The position numbers and the translations under genes are program-made. A model generated the notes under the pieces. The model was given only the letters and a program-made list of their open reading frames with translations. It was not told where the DNA came from and did not search any database. A DNA stretch of 64,000 nucleotides, from assembly GCA_032718475.1 (NCBI GenBank), contig JAUCBJ010000548.1, positions 75,994 through 139,993 of the forward strand, read 5' to 3'. Origin of the DNA: Nemertoderma westbladi. Lineage: Eukaryota > Animalia > Xenacoelomorpha. How positions within the stretch are numbered: the stretch's first letter is position 1; the number at the start of each line of letters is the position of its first letter. Positions 1 to 12,979 of this stretch are shown here, in pieces.

Positions 1-468
1 TTGTCCCTGAATGACACAACACAAAACTAGGTGGAAACATATGTGGAAACGAATGTGGTTGAGCATCCGTAATAAATTGAGCTAATAGCATCAATGATTT
101 TATTAGGTAGCCTATTGGTTTGTATTTGTAAAACATTTCTTCAATGATTCTTCTAAGTGAGAGAGAGACTGCGACCAACCTATTTGTCTGCGGTAATTAT
201 TGACCAGGTTGCCTCCGGTGCATCGTGTTTTACTTTCACTTTAGGAACTTTCTCTGGGGATGTCAAACTAGAAGGGCGACAATGAAGAACCCAAGTGAGA
301 ATAATATTATAAAAACGTTGGGTCTGAGCCAATCAGGTGGATGAAACTAACCTCTAGGAAGCAGCACCACAAACTTGTGCCAATAATGAAAATCTAATCT
401 AATCTAAACCTAAAAGTCAAATATGAGTTCATTTATTTATGTAACTACCTTAACTATTATTATATTAC

Positions 469-633
469 CTTGAACATTCGTGACGTCATATAAAATAAAG
501 CAACCGATACAACCAAATAAAGGGTCTTGGTAACCATGGTTGCGATACCGAGTTTGTTCTTTTGGGCGAGATTACCCAGACAGCCGTGAGGTTGCATGTA
601 AGCTTTAAATGTCATCGCCAACCAACAAGCAAC
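469..633 (-). CDS. Innexin exon 2 (putative constant exon: end of cytoplasmic loop + TM3); gene continues off the left edge of the window
   Basis: Minus strand: polypyrimidine acceptor ...ttttacattttgcag|GTT, then 165 nt in phase 0 translating VACWLAMTFKAYMQPHGCLGNLAQKNKLGIATMVTKTLYLVVSVALFYMTSRMFK, then donor AAG|gtaata. The W-L...K.LYL...hydrophobic...MF pattern fits innexin CL/TM3, and it joins in frame to all three upstream exons. Not in the ORF track. Confidence 0.88.
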
Positions 634-1300
634 CTGCAAAATGTAAAAGTAAAAATTATATTAATTATTATACTCATACTGTCTGAACTCATTTCAACGT
701 ATCGTTTTAGAATTGGTGATAATTAAATAGCAAGATTAACAATTACATATCTTCATGGAGACCTATGGAGACTTAATTTAGCGAATATTTAATATATTTT
801 TTGACCCAGGAGGATCAAAAATTGAATTTTAAGATTAGGGTATGATCGATCAACACAACACCCGAATGCAGAGAAGTAGAATCTACTATTATACTACAGA
901 ACAAGTAAAACTGGTAAATTTTATAAAAGCAGATTCCGGATTTATATAAATGCATTTTAGTTTTAATCCCGAACAAATTTAAACTAGTAATAACTAACAG
1001 AGCTAAAAATATATAAAAGCAGCCGCAACTAAAAAAGTAGAAATTACTATGATTAAAACTAGAAGATTCCACTAATCTACATACGGGAGCTGATCAGATC
1101 GAAGATATGGTAAACATATTAAAAACTTTCCTAACATAAAATGCAGTTTATGCAACACAACAGACTAAACCAATAAAATCCGCTATTACACATATTTTAA
1201 TATTTATTAACGGATTTTATATCTTGGTGCCAAGACGAATATAATGTGTGCATCACAACCATGAATTGAGTTATGTCATAAAACAAATGTCTTCACATCC

Positions 1301-1512
1301 TGAGACAGGTGGGGAAACTGGACGCAAATCCCATCTCGCGAATTAATATTTTGTCTCAATGTTAACTTACCAATTTAGGGAAAGGAACAGGTTACACTGG
1401 CACGTTATTCTAACTAAAACCATAAACGAAAGTCAATAGAACAAGTTACAGTTTTATTTTTTAGAATAATCAGCTGTTATTTGCGTCGATTTTCACCCGT
1501 AAAGGATAGATT
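1301..1512. promoter_or_regulatory. Conserved non-coding module B, copy downstream of innexin exon V3
   Basis: Clearly alignable with 13744-13954: gagacagg..ggggaaactggacgcaaatc, caatttagggaaagga.caggttaca, tagaaca.gtt.cagttttatttt, aataatcagctgttatttgcgtcga. Its function is inferred. Confidence 0.5.
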
Positions 1513-2420
1513 GCGTCGAATTAATTTTTACTGAATTTTACTGAATATCACTGAAGACGTGTGTCATTAACCTACACGAAATGGCCATATAATAATGATA
1601 TTTATTTTATTTAAAATCGTTGATTAGACCCCCATGACCCCAACATATTTCTTCGCCGCGAACGATATCTTTTAGACCATGATTTGAACCATCCATAGAA
1701 ATACAACAAATGTATTCTAGACTCCCCGCGCCATAAAATATTTTAGACATTGGTGCATAATGCAATGTATTTACAAAGTGTGCAGGACATTAATAAAAGT
1801 ATAATGTATATTTATAAGCAACAAAGTATGTGCATCAATAAGCCACAAAATTACATATGTAGAGTATTACAAAATGTGGCGAATACGATTAATAGTTTAG
1901 AAAATTAGGATACGGTCTGCTAAAGTCTGATAAAGGCATGATTGTTTCACTTATTATATTATTAATTTAGTTTAAGACAAAAATATCTTAAGCAGAATGA
2001 CAAGTATATTCCTTATTGAGATTGATATTTTTATGATTTTTTATATCTCCCGAATCGCGGACCAAAAGGAAGTCCTTGAGAACGATCTGGAGATTATTCT
2101 GGATTGATTGTGATCGCCTTGAATTTAATTTATTTTTAAATCATATTAAAGATATTGATTGTAATTCTTGCTTCATTTATCACAAAACGGTGAACTGAAC
2201 AAAACTTCTTTATCACATGGTTGGCACAGAATAAACAACAACAAGTAGCAAAGCTCATAGAAAAGAAGAGAAGAACAATAAACAATAAAACCTACTACAA
2301 TATAAAGCATAAATATTATATGTAACACAAAATTAAATGTGTACAACAATAACTCAGAAGAGATGTTAGCAAGCTAAGCGGTTTAGAGGTAGTCTTAGCG
2401 AGGATGGGGTATTTAATTAC

Positions 2421-2978
2421 CTTATTGGATTTCTTTTCAATTCCAGCTTCATCATCAATAGCGTATCGCAATTCGCTAACTAATTTCTTTATCTCCGCCA
2501 TTCCCCACGACTTATACATAAGGTAGGGAAAGTAATAGCATCCGGCGCCCAAAAAGAAATAGAAAGGCACCCACTGGTACCACAGATGGTAGATCCTGGT
2601 GGGCGGAAGAACATTGTCGGGGTCACAAGGTATCACGTTGCCTTGAAGATCTAAACGACCTTGTTGGCAATGTGGTATATCTTCTGGAAGTATACCTGGG
2701 TAAGGGAGGTACTGAGTTGGTATATCGTAGGCCTCTTTCATAGTATATAGACCTTGAGTCCAACAATAGTCCTCCGAGAATTTGACCGTAAACTTTGTAA
2801 ACCCATGGCATTCTAGAATGTTGCCCAAGTATGTTCTTAGTGTTACCACAGTTCCCATCATCATCATCATTGTAAACATAACAACTCTATTGAGTTGATC
2901 GAAACCATCATCTACAGTTATACCGCCTCTACTTATAGGGATTGCTCCTTTCAACTTAGATAACTCTCCAATACCCAT
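2421..2978 (-). CDS. Innexin N-terminal (variable) exon V3: NT-TM1-EL1-TM2-CL start, 186 codons
   Basis: Innexin motifs DDGFDQLNR, C-HGF, EDYCWTQG, YHLWYQWVPF, PYLMYK. Similarity to the paralogs stops at ...SNK, followed by a canonical donor AAG|gtaatt at 2420. Confidence 0.93.
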
Positions 2979-5548
2979 ATCTTTTTATTTCGCCTAACGA
3001 TTGTCCCGGTATAATAGGCAATTTCAGTACATAAAAATAGATATTACTAGATTCTGTTTATAATATTACTCAATAAATTTTAGAAAAGTAAATATTGTAC
3101 CCCAAATACATGGTATAAAAATATATTTATACAGACACAGAGTAGCTAAAGAAGGCTACCACGACCATATGAAATACGATCCATAATAGGCAGCCATTTG
3201 TAATTATTTAATGAGAAGACGCCATTTCGCAAGCATTTAAAAAACCGCTAAGCTATGAATTATTGATTGGTGAAAAAATTTGCCGTAGTTTTGTTGCCAT
3301 CGATTTGCCATAGATTTGCCGCACGATTTGTCAACAGTTTTTCTGTCCTGTCCCATTTTACTCCATGGTTTGAACATCCTTCACTATCCAACCACTTTTC
3401 TTTACTCCTCAAACAGGTTTCCTTGACGTTGGATCAGCGCACAAGTTTCAATATTGTAAGAGGCTCGATCCAGGATCGAACCCGGCACCTCCTCGCAGTA
3501 TAGTAGGCCTGGTGGATTACCGGTACCCTTTGTGTTAAGTGCTATATGCCTACGTCGAATGCGAAATTCAACTTTCGAGTAAAGTTACTATGTCGTGAGA
3601 ACCTGGACAAAATTAAGCTCGAGTATTCAAGTAAAGTAAACTTTTCACAAATCTACGGCAAATTGTGGGCAATTTTTTGCTGCGAGGAAATTTACCCCAA
3701 ATTACATGATGTTCATTCATATATGATATGTTCCTATTAGTTGTATATACGTCGTTGTGTTCTTCCGTAAGTTGTAGAGTGACACGCAATTCATACATTC
3801 TATGTAAAAGTAAAACTAATCGCTAGGCAAATAATACGTACTTATCTTGCTAACCGAACAAATATTGCGAAATTAACGTTTAATAGACTGTCTTTCTCTA
3901 TTTGAATTTGAAACTACTTGGACTTTAACATAGCATAAAACTTAAACCTGATTTGCTTGAAATATTATTTTTCAACTTCCTGTAATTACGATTTTACGGT
4001 TATGCAGCACTACAACAATTAATCCTCGCATTTAATGTGAATTGAACCCGGCACACCAACAGTGCACCTTTATCCTTTATAAATGTTGTTCACCTTACTT
4101 AACCCCAATATCAGCTGGTAAAGTATTTGTGAGAGTAACGTAGGGCCTGGTCCCTCGCAAGAGGCCCTAATTGTTCCGATAACGGCCCTCATAATTCGAG
4201 ATCCCATGACTCCGTTATGTGTCATACGCTTTACAAATACGGTGCTGTTAAACTTGAACGATAATGGCACGCACATTCGCAGAAGACAGTCAAGTTGAAT
4301 TACCTCAAATTTGTCTCTTCATTGCCTTGTTTATACATCAGCCAGCCAACCAAATCAATTTTACTATAGTGTGTCATAGTGTATGTCCAGTCAATGTCCA
4401 ATCTACCAAATTGGTTTATGTTTCGTAGTTAATGGAATTTAACCTGGTTCACAGGTTTCGAATCAAAATATCGGCATGCAGGAGCATCGCTTATCGCTAA
4501 ATGTTCGCCCACAACTAGGCTAGCCCCGTAGAACTCTTCATGCATCTAAGGCATACGAGACACAGGTTCATCCCCAAACATGTATAAAAATTCTTAAATT
4601 TGAAATGTATGTAAGAAACAATACGGATAGAAAAAAATAGTTTTACCAAGAAAACGATCAAATAATGATAGAATCCTGCTAGAAACTTACCTCACAAACA
4701 GCAACAACTATCACGGCAAAAATTTAATTGTAGACGAGCATCAAAGTAAGCGAGCTTAGCATACTGGTACCGCTGTTTCAACCGATGTCTGTCGTTAGAG
4801 GTTGGTCTGTCGGTCTGCCTGTCTCTCTGTCTGTTGGTTGGTATGTCTGTCTGTCTGTCGGCATGTCTGTCGGCAAATGTTTGAAGTGTAATAACCCAGT
4901 CAATCTTTGATGAAATTAAAATTTGATCTTCCTGCAGATCTTCCACCAAGCCTCACGTATTTAACACAATAATTGAAAGTTCTAGAAATGTCGAAAATTC
5001 TAACAATAATCCATGACCAGTCGTGGTGGAGTTATTTAAATGAACTACAGATTGATACATTAATGCCAATGAATGGAGATTGAATGTTTTGTCTGGAATG
5101 ATAATAATCATGGACCATTTAATAACGGAAAAATTCAGTTAACTTTAGTGCACAGCCTTCTCTACGTACAATGCTTGTATAATGTATTAAGACAATTTAA
5201 TGTTATGAAGTCATATCGTAAATAAATTACTATCACTATGTAAATAAATGATTTTGGGCTATAGCAGTAAACTGTATGTCTACCATCTGATTGAATATGA
5301 ATGATAGTAACTGTCCAATTGTGCATTAGGAAAACGGCTGGATGGTCTGATTATTTTAAAGTCTCCAGAATTAGTAAATAGAAATAATGTGTAAGTCTAC
5401 TGTACTAATTGTATATAAAAAAAACAGCATGGCGAAATTCCTTATTTTAAATTGATAAACAATAGGCAGATACGTGGGCAAATATAGAGCCTAATGATGT
5501 ATATATATTATTTATAACAAATTAGAAGTAGTTAATTAGTACTAAAGA

Positions 5549-5718
5549 AACAGGTGGACTATTGACGCATGTCCCATATATGCCCACCAACAATAATAAT
5601 TATCGATTAATGGAAAAGAACAAGTTACAGTGGCAGGCTACTTGAGAACTAACAGGTTACAGGCTTATTTAACCTTGAATAAGCAGCTGTTATTTGTTTT
5701 GATTTTCCCGGCTGATGG
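5549..5718. promoter_or_regulatory. Conserved non-coding module B, diverged copy between innexin exons V2 and V3
   Basis: Same ordered motifs as the other two copies: aacaggtgga..tgacgcat, agaacaagttacagtgg, aacaggttacag, aataagcagctgttatttg...gattttcccg. Confidence 0.4.
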
Positions 5719-5838
5719 TTTAATTTTGACTTGAGTCAATAGTCCCTCCCAAGTTTTGATAGCATAGTGAAAAAAATATCACTGCAACACACAGACAAAA
5801 TGCATTGTTTACATACGTAATACATAGAGAAAATACAG

Positions 5839-5889
5839 TACATACATACATACATACATACATACATACATACATACATACATACATAC
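5839..5889. repeat. (CATA)n microsatellite
   Basis: About 12 perfect tetranucleotide units. Confidence 0.95.
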
Positions 5890-6850
5890 CGCATAAGATG
5901 TAGTAATATAGTAATAATTGTATATACAATGTAACAATATATAGTTATTGCTATTTATGTTTCAATTGAAGCAGGCCGGTTTAGTGTATTGGCAATACTT
6001 CCAGTGTCATATCCAACCAACTTACTCCACTTATAGTGATTGAGTGTTACTCATTACAGTAATAATACAGTAGAACTAATTAATTACTTTAGAACAACGT
6101 CATCTGTGAGCTGGATTTTACACAAGTTATAAAATTAACTTATTTCTGTCGTGTGGTTGAGATATACTTGCAAGTTCTTACTGGAATAATGTTATATTAT
6201 TTTTGTTGTTGTTGTGGACAAATATTATTTATTATATTATAAAATATTTATGTTATTCTAAATAACTTGATAAACAATTTATCCATCGACAAAATTACAA
6301 TAATTTTAACTTAACAGCACAGTATACTTCAGTATGTAACTACAACCATCCATCATCAAACTTTATGATATCCTCTATGATAACCATGTGTTTCAATTTC
6401 TATTCCTGAATAGCCATCAACGAGCCAACCGGGCCTATTTTTATTATTTTATTGTTTTTATCGTATGTAGGCCAATTGGAGCTTCTTCCATCGAATATCC
6501 CCCCCCCCCCCCCCTCCCCTAACTACTGAACTAGATAGCAGCGGTAAGCCAATATGGCTGCGTTAAATTTATTTTATTAATGTTGTGTTCTCAGAGACAG
6601 ATGCGTACATAGAAACGAATTGTTTTTATTGTCTCCCTATAGTCTGTAGCTATCGGGAATATTCGCTCATGGACAATCAGAAGCAATCACAACATTTCAA
6701 ATTTGCTGAACTCAGGTGCTGAAAAGAGGAAACTTAAATTAACTTTCATTTTGATTTCTTATAAGCAGGCCACTACCAAATAAGTGAAAGCAAGTATAAG
6801 AGTATGGAAAGACAGAACCAAAGTTATAATAAAAATTTATATTATTATTA

Positions 6851-7445
6851 GGCCCGGCGCACACTAGAGATGCAAGATGCACGATGCAAGATGCACGATG
6901 CAAGATGCAAAAAAGGACATCCTCCATATTCTATTTTTGCATCTCGAATTATAGAATACATGGTAGACTATAGGAGGCCGTACACTAGAGATGCAAGATG
7001 CATGATAAATTCTTTGAAATATACATTAAAATAATCAAAGTATAATATTAGCGTGTGTTGCCACCCAATATTATAATATACTGTACCTCCTCGGTGTGAC
7101 TAACACTTAAGTGACAAGCAAATATCTGTGGTCGGGATTATCTCGCAAGTGATCATATAACTTTTCCATAACGCCCTCTTGAAAATTATTCTATGTATCC
7201 AATCAATGCTCTCGTGAAATTAGGTTTGTTTGTTCTCACAACATATGCAGAAACAGTTTCAATAACTTCATCATCACTGTCATTCGTTGAAAATTAAATA
7301 ATAAGTGGATGGTCAGAAACGCAATAAATAAATAACATAAAAGCTATCAATATATAAAATAAAATACGATGCATCTTGAATCTCTAGTGTACGTCGGGAA
7401 CGATGTTTGCATCTTGCATCTTGCATCTCTAGTGTGCGGCGAGCC
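6851..7445. mobile_element. PIF/Harbinger-like MITE
   Basis: Terminal inverted repeats ggcccggcgcacactagagatgcaagatgc / gcatcttgcatctctagtgtgcggcgagcc, TTA on both flanks, and an internal second inverted pair (about 6975 / 7370). Confidence 0.7.
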
Positions 7446-8429
7446 TTAGAATAATTATATTATCAATTATTTAGAAATGTTTGTTTAAAGTTGAAAAAGA
7501 TACTGCGTATATTAGCGGGTAGGAGCCCGCATTAGAGAATAATCAAGGGGCCTTGAAATGGCAGCCCTGCGCTATGCTCTGTTTATAAAATACCCTTGTG
7601 ATCAGGGTATACCTCTGAGTCATTCATAGCGACTAACCCACTGCGAACAAACAATGAAACAAACTGCAACAAACTGATCTAATCGAATTTTAACTTCAAA
7701 CTATGTCGAAGCCCATGAAAGTTTGATATCGAGACATTTGGGAGGCATTCCTCGTTGCAATTAGACAACATTTTCGAGGTTGGACAAACAGACCCATACA
7801 CTCAGCCACTCTACCCTACACAACAACAATTAAGAGTCGCCAGCTGACCTTCATCACACAGATAACTAACTCTTAACGCTATTGCAAAGGCCTCGCCCTA
7901 ATCCCATCCAGAGAACTACGATATCACCGTCATTACCAACCGAGTTGGGAGCCACCATTGGGACGGTACAAACGTCTGGTTCCATCGCCAAGAATAAATA
8001 ATAACAATACCTTTCCAAAGAGATCGATAGCAGAGGTTGTGTAATTACAGTACACTTCTGTAACGGATCCAAGTATTGCTGCTATTCTGTGCCGCACATG
8101 CCTTATATGTATTTCTACGATCCGCAACACAATCATTTTGTGTCTGGTTTAACATCACCTCCTCCAAAAGGGCAGCTCCACCATCAAAAATACCCTGAAT
8201 TCCCCGTGATAAATGCGCTGGATTCGCTTGAAACTATCTCACTCCGCGATTCTACCCTGTGAAACGGCATGCCACCCAATAGGGTCTCATCAAAACACAT
8301 GAGAAGGCGTGCCTCTCTGCTTGACTTCACTAATAACGTTAACGTCAACCCTGCCAGGCAGCCCCACCACCCTCACGTCACCCCAACCCGAGAATATGCC
8401 GCGGAATTCGGAAGTTAACAAAACCTTCC

Positions 8430-8730
8430 AATTGGACTACACATATTCAGAAACATTGGCAACAAAATACCTCTTGGTATCATCCATGCTGTATGCGCTG
8501 GACACAAATGGTGGCACCGTAGTGCTTCATAGTTGGTCATGCTCCACAAACTCTAATGATATCACAAACGGAATCCTTCCCTTTTGCATAACACAGTGGC
8601 TATGGCATATACTAACTCATGCAAACTGTATGTTTCCGTTGAAACTCCAGAACATTCTGGAAGTTTTCCGTAACTAAGCCATGTGGCACTACACCCAAGG
8701 AAACTGAATGCCCCTTCCACCACCAACCCA
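8430..8730 (+). mobile_element. Possible highly degenerate CR1/L2-type LINE 3' fragment
   Basis: Frameshifted peptides NWTTHI..IGNKI..GII, LVMLHK and SF.P resemble the post-RT region of CR1/L2 ORF2; weak. Confidence 0.3.
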
Positions 8731-9040
8731 TAGTAGTGTGGATCTCGTAAAACTACAACTGGCCATAGTTCCAATTACAAACCTTTATATATGTATATAC
8801 GGTATATGTATGACATCCTAGTTGGTGATTGCATATCATTGGGTATTCCAAGTCACCATTTTAGAAGGCCACCTGTCTGTCACTACAACCTTTGAGGTTG
8901 TTGCCTTTGCTTGAGGGCGTCCCAATGATCCATTACAAGGGTGGTGGTGGGACAGGAGTTTCAATAGCCCCATAAGATAATTAAAAGTTAAATAATTAAT
9001 TAATTAATTTGTCTTAAGGCCCGTTCACATCCAATGGAAC

Positions 9041-9524
9041 GGTACACTGGGCGGTGTACCGCCGGGCCAGCGGTAAACCGCTGAGTGTGAACGACCCTGC
9101 GGTACACTGCGCGGTGTACCGCAGGGCCATCGGTAAACCGCTGAGTGTGAACGACCCTGCGGTACACTGCGCGGTGTACCGCAGGGCCATCGGTAAACCG
9201 CTGAGTGTGAACGACCCTGCGGTACACTGCGCGGTGTACCGCAGGGCCATCGGTAAACCGCTGAGTGTGAACGACCCTGCGGTACACTGCGCGGTGTACC
9301 GCAGGGCCATCGGTAAACCGCTGAGTGTGAACGACCCTGCGGTACACTGCGCGGTGTACCGCAGGGCCATCGGTAAACCGCTGAGTGTGAACGACCCTGC
9401 GGTACACTGCGCGGTGTACCGCAGGGCCGGCGGTAAACCGCTGAGTGTGAACGACCCTGCGGTACACTGCGCGGTGTACCGCAGGGCCATCGGTAAACCG
9501 CTGAGTGTGAACGACCCTGCGGTA
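9041..9524. repeat. 60-bp tandem repeat (~8 copies) with internal palindrome
   Basis: Unit ggtacactgcgcggtgtaccgcagggccatcggtaaaccgctgagtgtgaacgaccctgc, almost invariant. Preceded by ttaaggcccgttcacat, a Harbinger-like end also seen inverted near 48943-48962. Confidence 0.95.
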
Positions 9525-9945
9525 TTCCAACGGTGTCTGACTGGTAAATGATTTTGATTACCGCTGACTGTGAACGACTGTAATGTTGTTATTATATTTC
9601 AGAAGTAATTTGTATGAATTATGAAATTTGAAATTCCATAGTTCGAAACTGTCATTGTTTAAATCGAGTAATAGTTGATCTATGTAGTACCATGCCACCA
9701 AAATTAGTCACTAATTTCGTCGGCTTGGACGAGTCGCTTATGTAAATGTTTACTGTTCTGTTAATTATATTTATTTATATGTACGTTTATTACAATTTAT
9801 CATCCATACATTTGCACCTGTCTGTGTCACTGAGACAATAAATGACCAGCAAAATATCAAAATGGAGTCAGATTTTTGATATCGATATTTGGCGCAGCAC
9901 AATAAGTTTTTTTTCCCTATTCGTATAGACGGTCTGGTGAGCCGG

Positions 9946-10745
9946 AACAGTATATAGGTGGAGAGAGTTACTAAAGATACTCCCTAGTAGTCTTACTCAA
10001 CAGTATATAGGTGGAGAGAGTTACTAAAGATACTCCCTAGTAGTCTTACTCAACAGTATATAGGTGGAGAGAGATACTAAAGATACTCCCTAGTAGTCTT
10101 ACTCAACAGTATATAGGTGGAGAGAGATACTAAAGATACTCCCTAGTAGTCTTACTCAACAGTATATAGGTGGAGAGAGTTACTAAAGATACTCCCTAGT
10201 AGTCTTACTCAACAGTATATAGGTGGAGAAAGTTACTAAAGATACTCCCTAGTAGTCTTACTCAACAGTATATAGGTGGAGAGAGTTACTAAAGATACTC
10301 CCTAGTAGTCTTACTCAACAGTATATAGGTGGAGAAAGTTACTAAAGATACTCCCTAGTAGTCTTACTCAACAGTATATAGGTGGAGAGAGTTACTAAAG
10401 ATACTCCCTAGTAGTCTTACTCAACAGTATATAGGTGGAGAAAGTTACTAAAGATACTCCCTAGTAGTCTTACTCAACAGTATATAGGTGGAGAGAGTTA
10501 CTAAAGATACTCCCTAGTAGTCTTACTCAACAGTATATAGGTGGAGAGAGTTACTAAAGATACTCCCTAGTAGTCTTACTCAACAGTATATAGGTGGAGA
10601 GAGTTACTAAAGATACTCCCTAGTAGTCTTACTCAACAGTATATAGGTGGAGAGAGTTGCTAAAGATACTCCCTAGTAGTCTTACTCAACAGTATATAGG
10701 TGGAGAGAGTTACTAAAGATACTCCCTAGTAGTCTTACTCAACAG
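9946..10745. repeat. 53-bp tandem repeat, 15 copies
   Basis: Unit aacagtatataggtggagagagttactaaagatactccctagtagtcttactc; period 53 from 9946 to 10741. Confidence 0.95.
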
Positions 10746-11017
10746 TGTTAGTCAACTCTTTTTTACTTTAGTTTCATGGTTCTTTGTTCAATCTATTTAT
10801 GGAAGGAACTAACTTTTATGTGTACACTACAGCACTCTTTAGTCGAAGACAGTGGAACTTCCGTAGGCCTAATCAGCTTAAGTTCGGTAAGTTTTCATCA
10901 ATGAAATTCTGTCCATTCCATCGGCTATTGTTATTTTTATTACTTATTAGAAATAAATAATGCTATGTATTGTATATTACTACTGCGAATTAAAAGCTTC
11001 AACTAAAACTAATTTAC

Positions 11018-11566
11018 CTTATCGACTCTCTTTTCAATAGCAGCATCATCATCAATAACGAAACGCAACTCTTTAACAACCCTCTTAACCTCTGCCATTC
11101 CCCATGACTTTAGTATCAGGTAGGGAACATAGTATGCACCAGCTCCAAGGAAGAAATAGAAAGGTACCCACTGGTACCACAGATGGTAGATTCTAGTAGC
11201 CGCAATCACATCATTGGGGTCACAAGGAATGACGTTCCCAGAGAGATCTAAACGACCTTGTTGGCAATGAGGTACATCTTCAGGAATGATACCGGGGTAA
11301 GGGAGATACTTGGAAGGTACATCATAAGCTTCCTTGATGGTATACAGTCCTTGAGTCCAACAATAATCCTCCGAGAACTTTATAGTAAACTTGGTAAACC
11401 CGTGGCATTCTATAATGTTTCCAAGATATGATCGTACAGAAGAGACTGTTCCCATGACCATCATTAAGGAAAACATTCCGATGCGATTCAACCGACCCCA
11501 GCCATCATCTACGGCTAGTCTGGCCTTGGCGAGTGGAATCGCCTTGAAAATGTCAACGAAACTCAT
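11018..11566 (-). CDS. Innexin N-terminal (variable) exon V2, 183 codons
   Basis: ATG-initiated, with motifs EDYCWTQGLY and YHLWYQWVPFY. Ends ...RVDK then donor AAG|gtaaat at 11017; an in-frame stop follows two codons into the intron. Confidence 0.93.
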
Positions 11567-11944
11567 GATGCGTTTTCATATATTATTACTTGTAACTCGC
11601 AAAAATGTAACTAAAACAAAATTAAGATTGCTGTGGTCTACTTTGAGTTCATTGCCAGAAGACTTTAGTGTTTATTTTATGTAGTAAATTAAAGGTATTG
11701 TAAATTTAATGTTACATGTTTTTGTCGAATTTATTTGTGTTTAGTAGTGGTAAGGTGAGGAGGGCCTTTCCATGAATAATGGTAGTTTCGAGCGAACTAC
11801 AAGCAACTTCCTTAGTCAATGCTATCACTTGTTGTTAGAAACTAAACTGCCCCCATAAATTTTGCCCAGGACAATTCTCACCCGGACAATTCCCCCTTAG
11901 ATCAAAATAGCCCCCAACCCGTGAACAATTTCCCCTGAACAATA

Positions 11945-12979
11945 CAATAGGGTTGGTGCGCGAAAAAAATTGTTGGGCTAGAAATAATTTAATAAAGAGT
12001 AACAAGGTACCCTGAATCGAGTGGCGGGTGTGTTTTTTGTACGAACACGAGGGAGCGGTCGAAATCGCGGGTTTAAGTAAGCGCGGGAAGCAATCATTGA
12101 AAATCGGCTGTGATTGGCTGCTACAAATTTGACGTCACTACAACGTGCTCTTATAATTTCTTATCTTAATTTTTATGGATGGTGATTTTCGATCCATCCC
12201 AATACACATAAAATCGTAACCTTTTCACACGTGGCTTATATCATGTAAGCGGATAGTCCATAGTTTTGCGCGACTTTTGACACTATTAATTAAATTCATG
12301 ATGAGGAACATTGATAAAATGATGTTTCCAGCATTATTTCCAGCAGCAATACTGCTTTCCAAGCTTTATTGAGTTTGAGTACGGTAAGGTCTACAGATTC
12401 GATTTATAATAACACTAAACTTGTAATACATGTCAGTCGGTACTATAATAATAATTGGCAGTAGGCTACTTGTATATTAAAAATGTGTCACCGGTAACCC
12501 CAACTTATGAACTAAGCTGAAATACTCAGATAATGCAATAGGCTGATACTGAGTGCTTGGTAGGCCTACCGGTCAGGCAATCTGCCGAGTTTGCAATTAT
12601 GAATAGCCCTTCATCAATCTTCCTAATCATTAATTTTTTAGTTGTTGTGTTAAATGATACGTAATACTCTCAGCTTTCAATTGTTAAGCCACGGGGAAAC
12701 TTATTGAGATTAAATGTGTATTTAAATGGATCTAAAATCACCCTCCATAGAAAACAATATAATAAATTATCAGAGTACTGCGTAATGACGTGAAATCTGT
12801 AGCAGCCAATCACAGCCGATTTAAAAAATTGGCTTCCCGCGCCATTTCGACCGTTTCCACATGTTTTTACATAAAACACATCCCGTAACTCGATTCAGAG
12901 CACCTTGTTAGCCCTTATTCGTTTATGTTTAGCCCAATAACTTTTTGTCCAATCTTAAAATTATGTCCAACCCTATTGC
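11945..12979. mobile_element. Non-autonomous DNA element with ~200-bp imperfect terminal inverted repeats
   Basis: Ends caatagggttgg / ccaaccctattg; inner inverted matches aacaaggtaccctgaatcgagt / actcgattcagagcaccttgtt and aatcggctgtgattggctgctaca / tgtagcagccaatcacagccgatt. Confidence 0.75.

Noticed and set aside
1-468. Innexin exon 3 (EL2/TM4)
   Set aside because: No FPK..C or C.L..N..NQ-type peptide seen on the minus strand; the remaining exons presumably lie left of the window.
815-1072. 85-aa hydrophobic ORF in the innexin intron as a fourth variable exon
   Set aside because: No innexin motifs; AT-rich intron sequence with a non-ATG start.
2316-2420. C-terminal 34 aa of the listed 220-aa innexin ORF
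   Set aside because: Read-through into the intron past the AAG|gtaatt donor; no similarity to the paralogs or to innexins.
6317-6334. gcacagtatacttcagta similar to 13560-13578
   Set aside because: Short match, and its position relative to module B differs between the two intervals; may be chance.
9000-10745. CRISPR-like arrays and the repeat ORFs at 9000-9551
   Set aside because: Units are contiguous with no unique spacers, there are no cas genes and the context is eukaryotic; the ORFs are just stop-free repeat frames.
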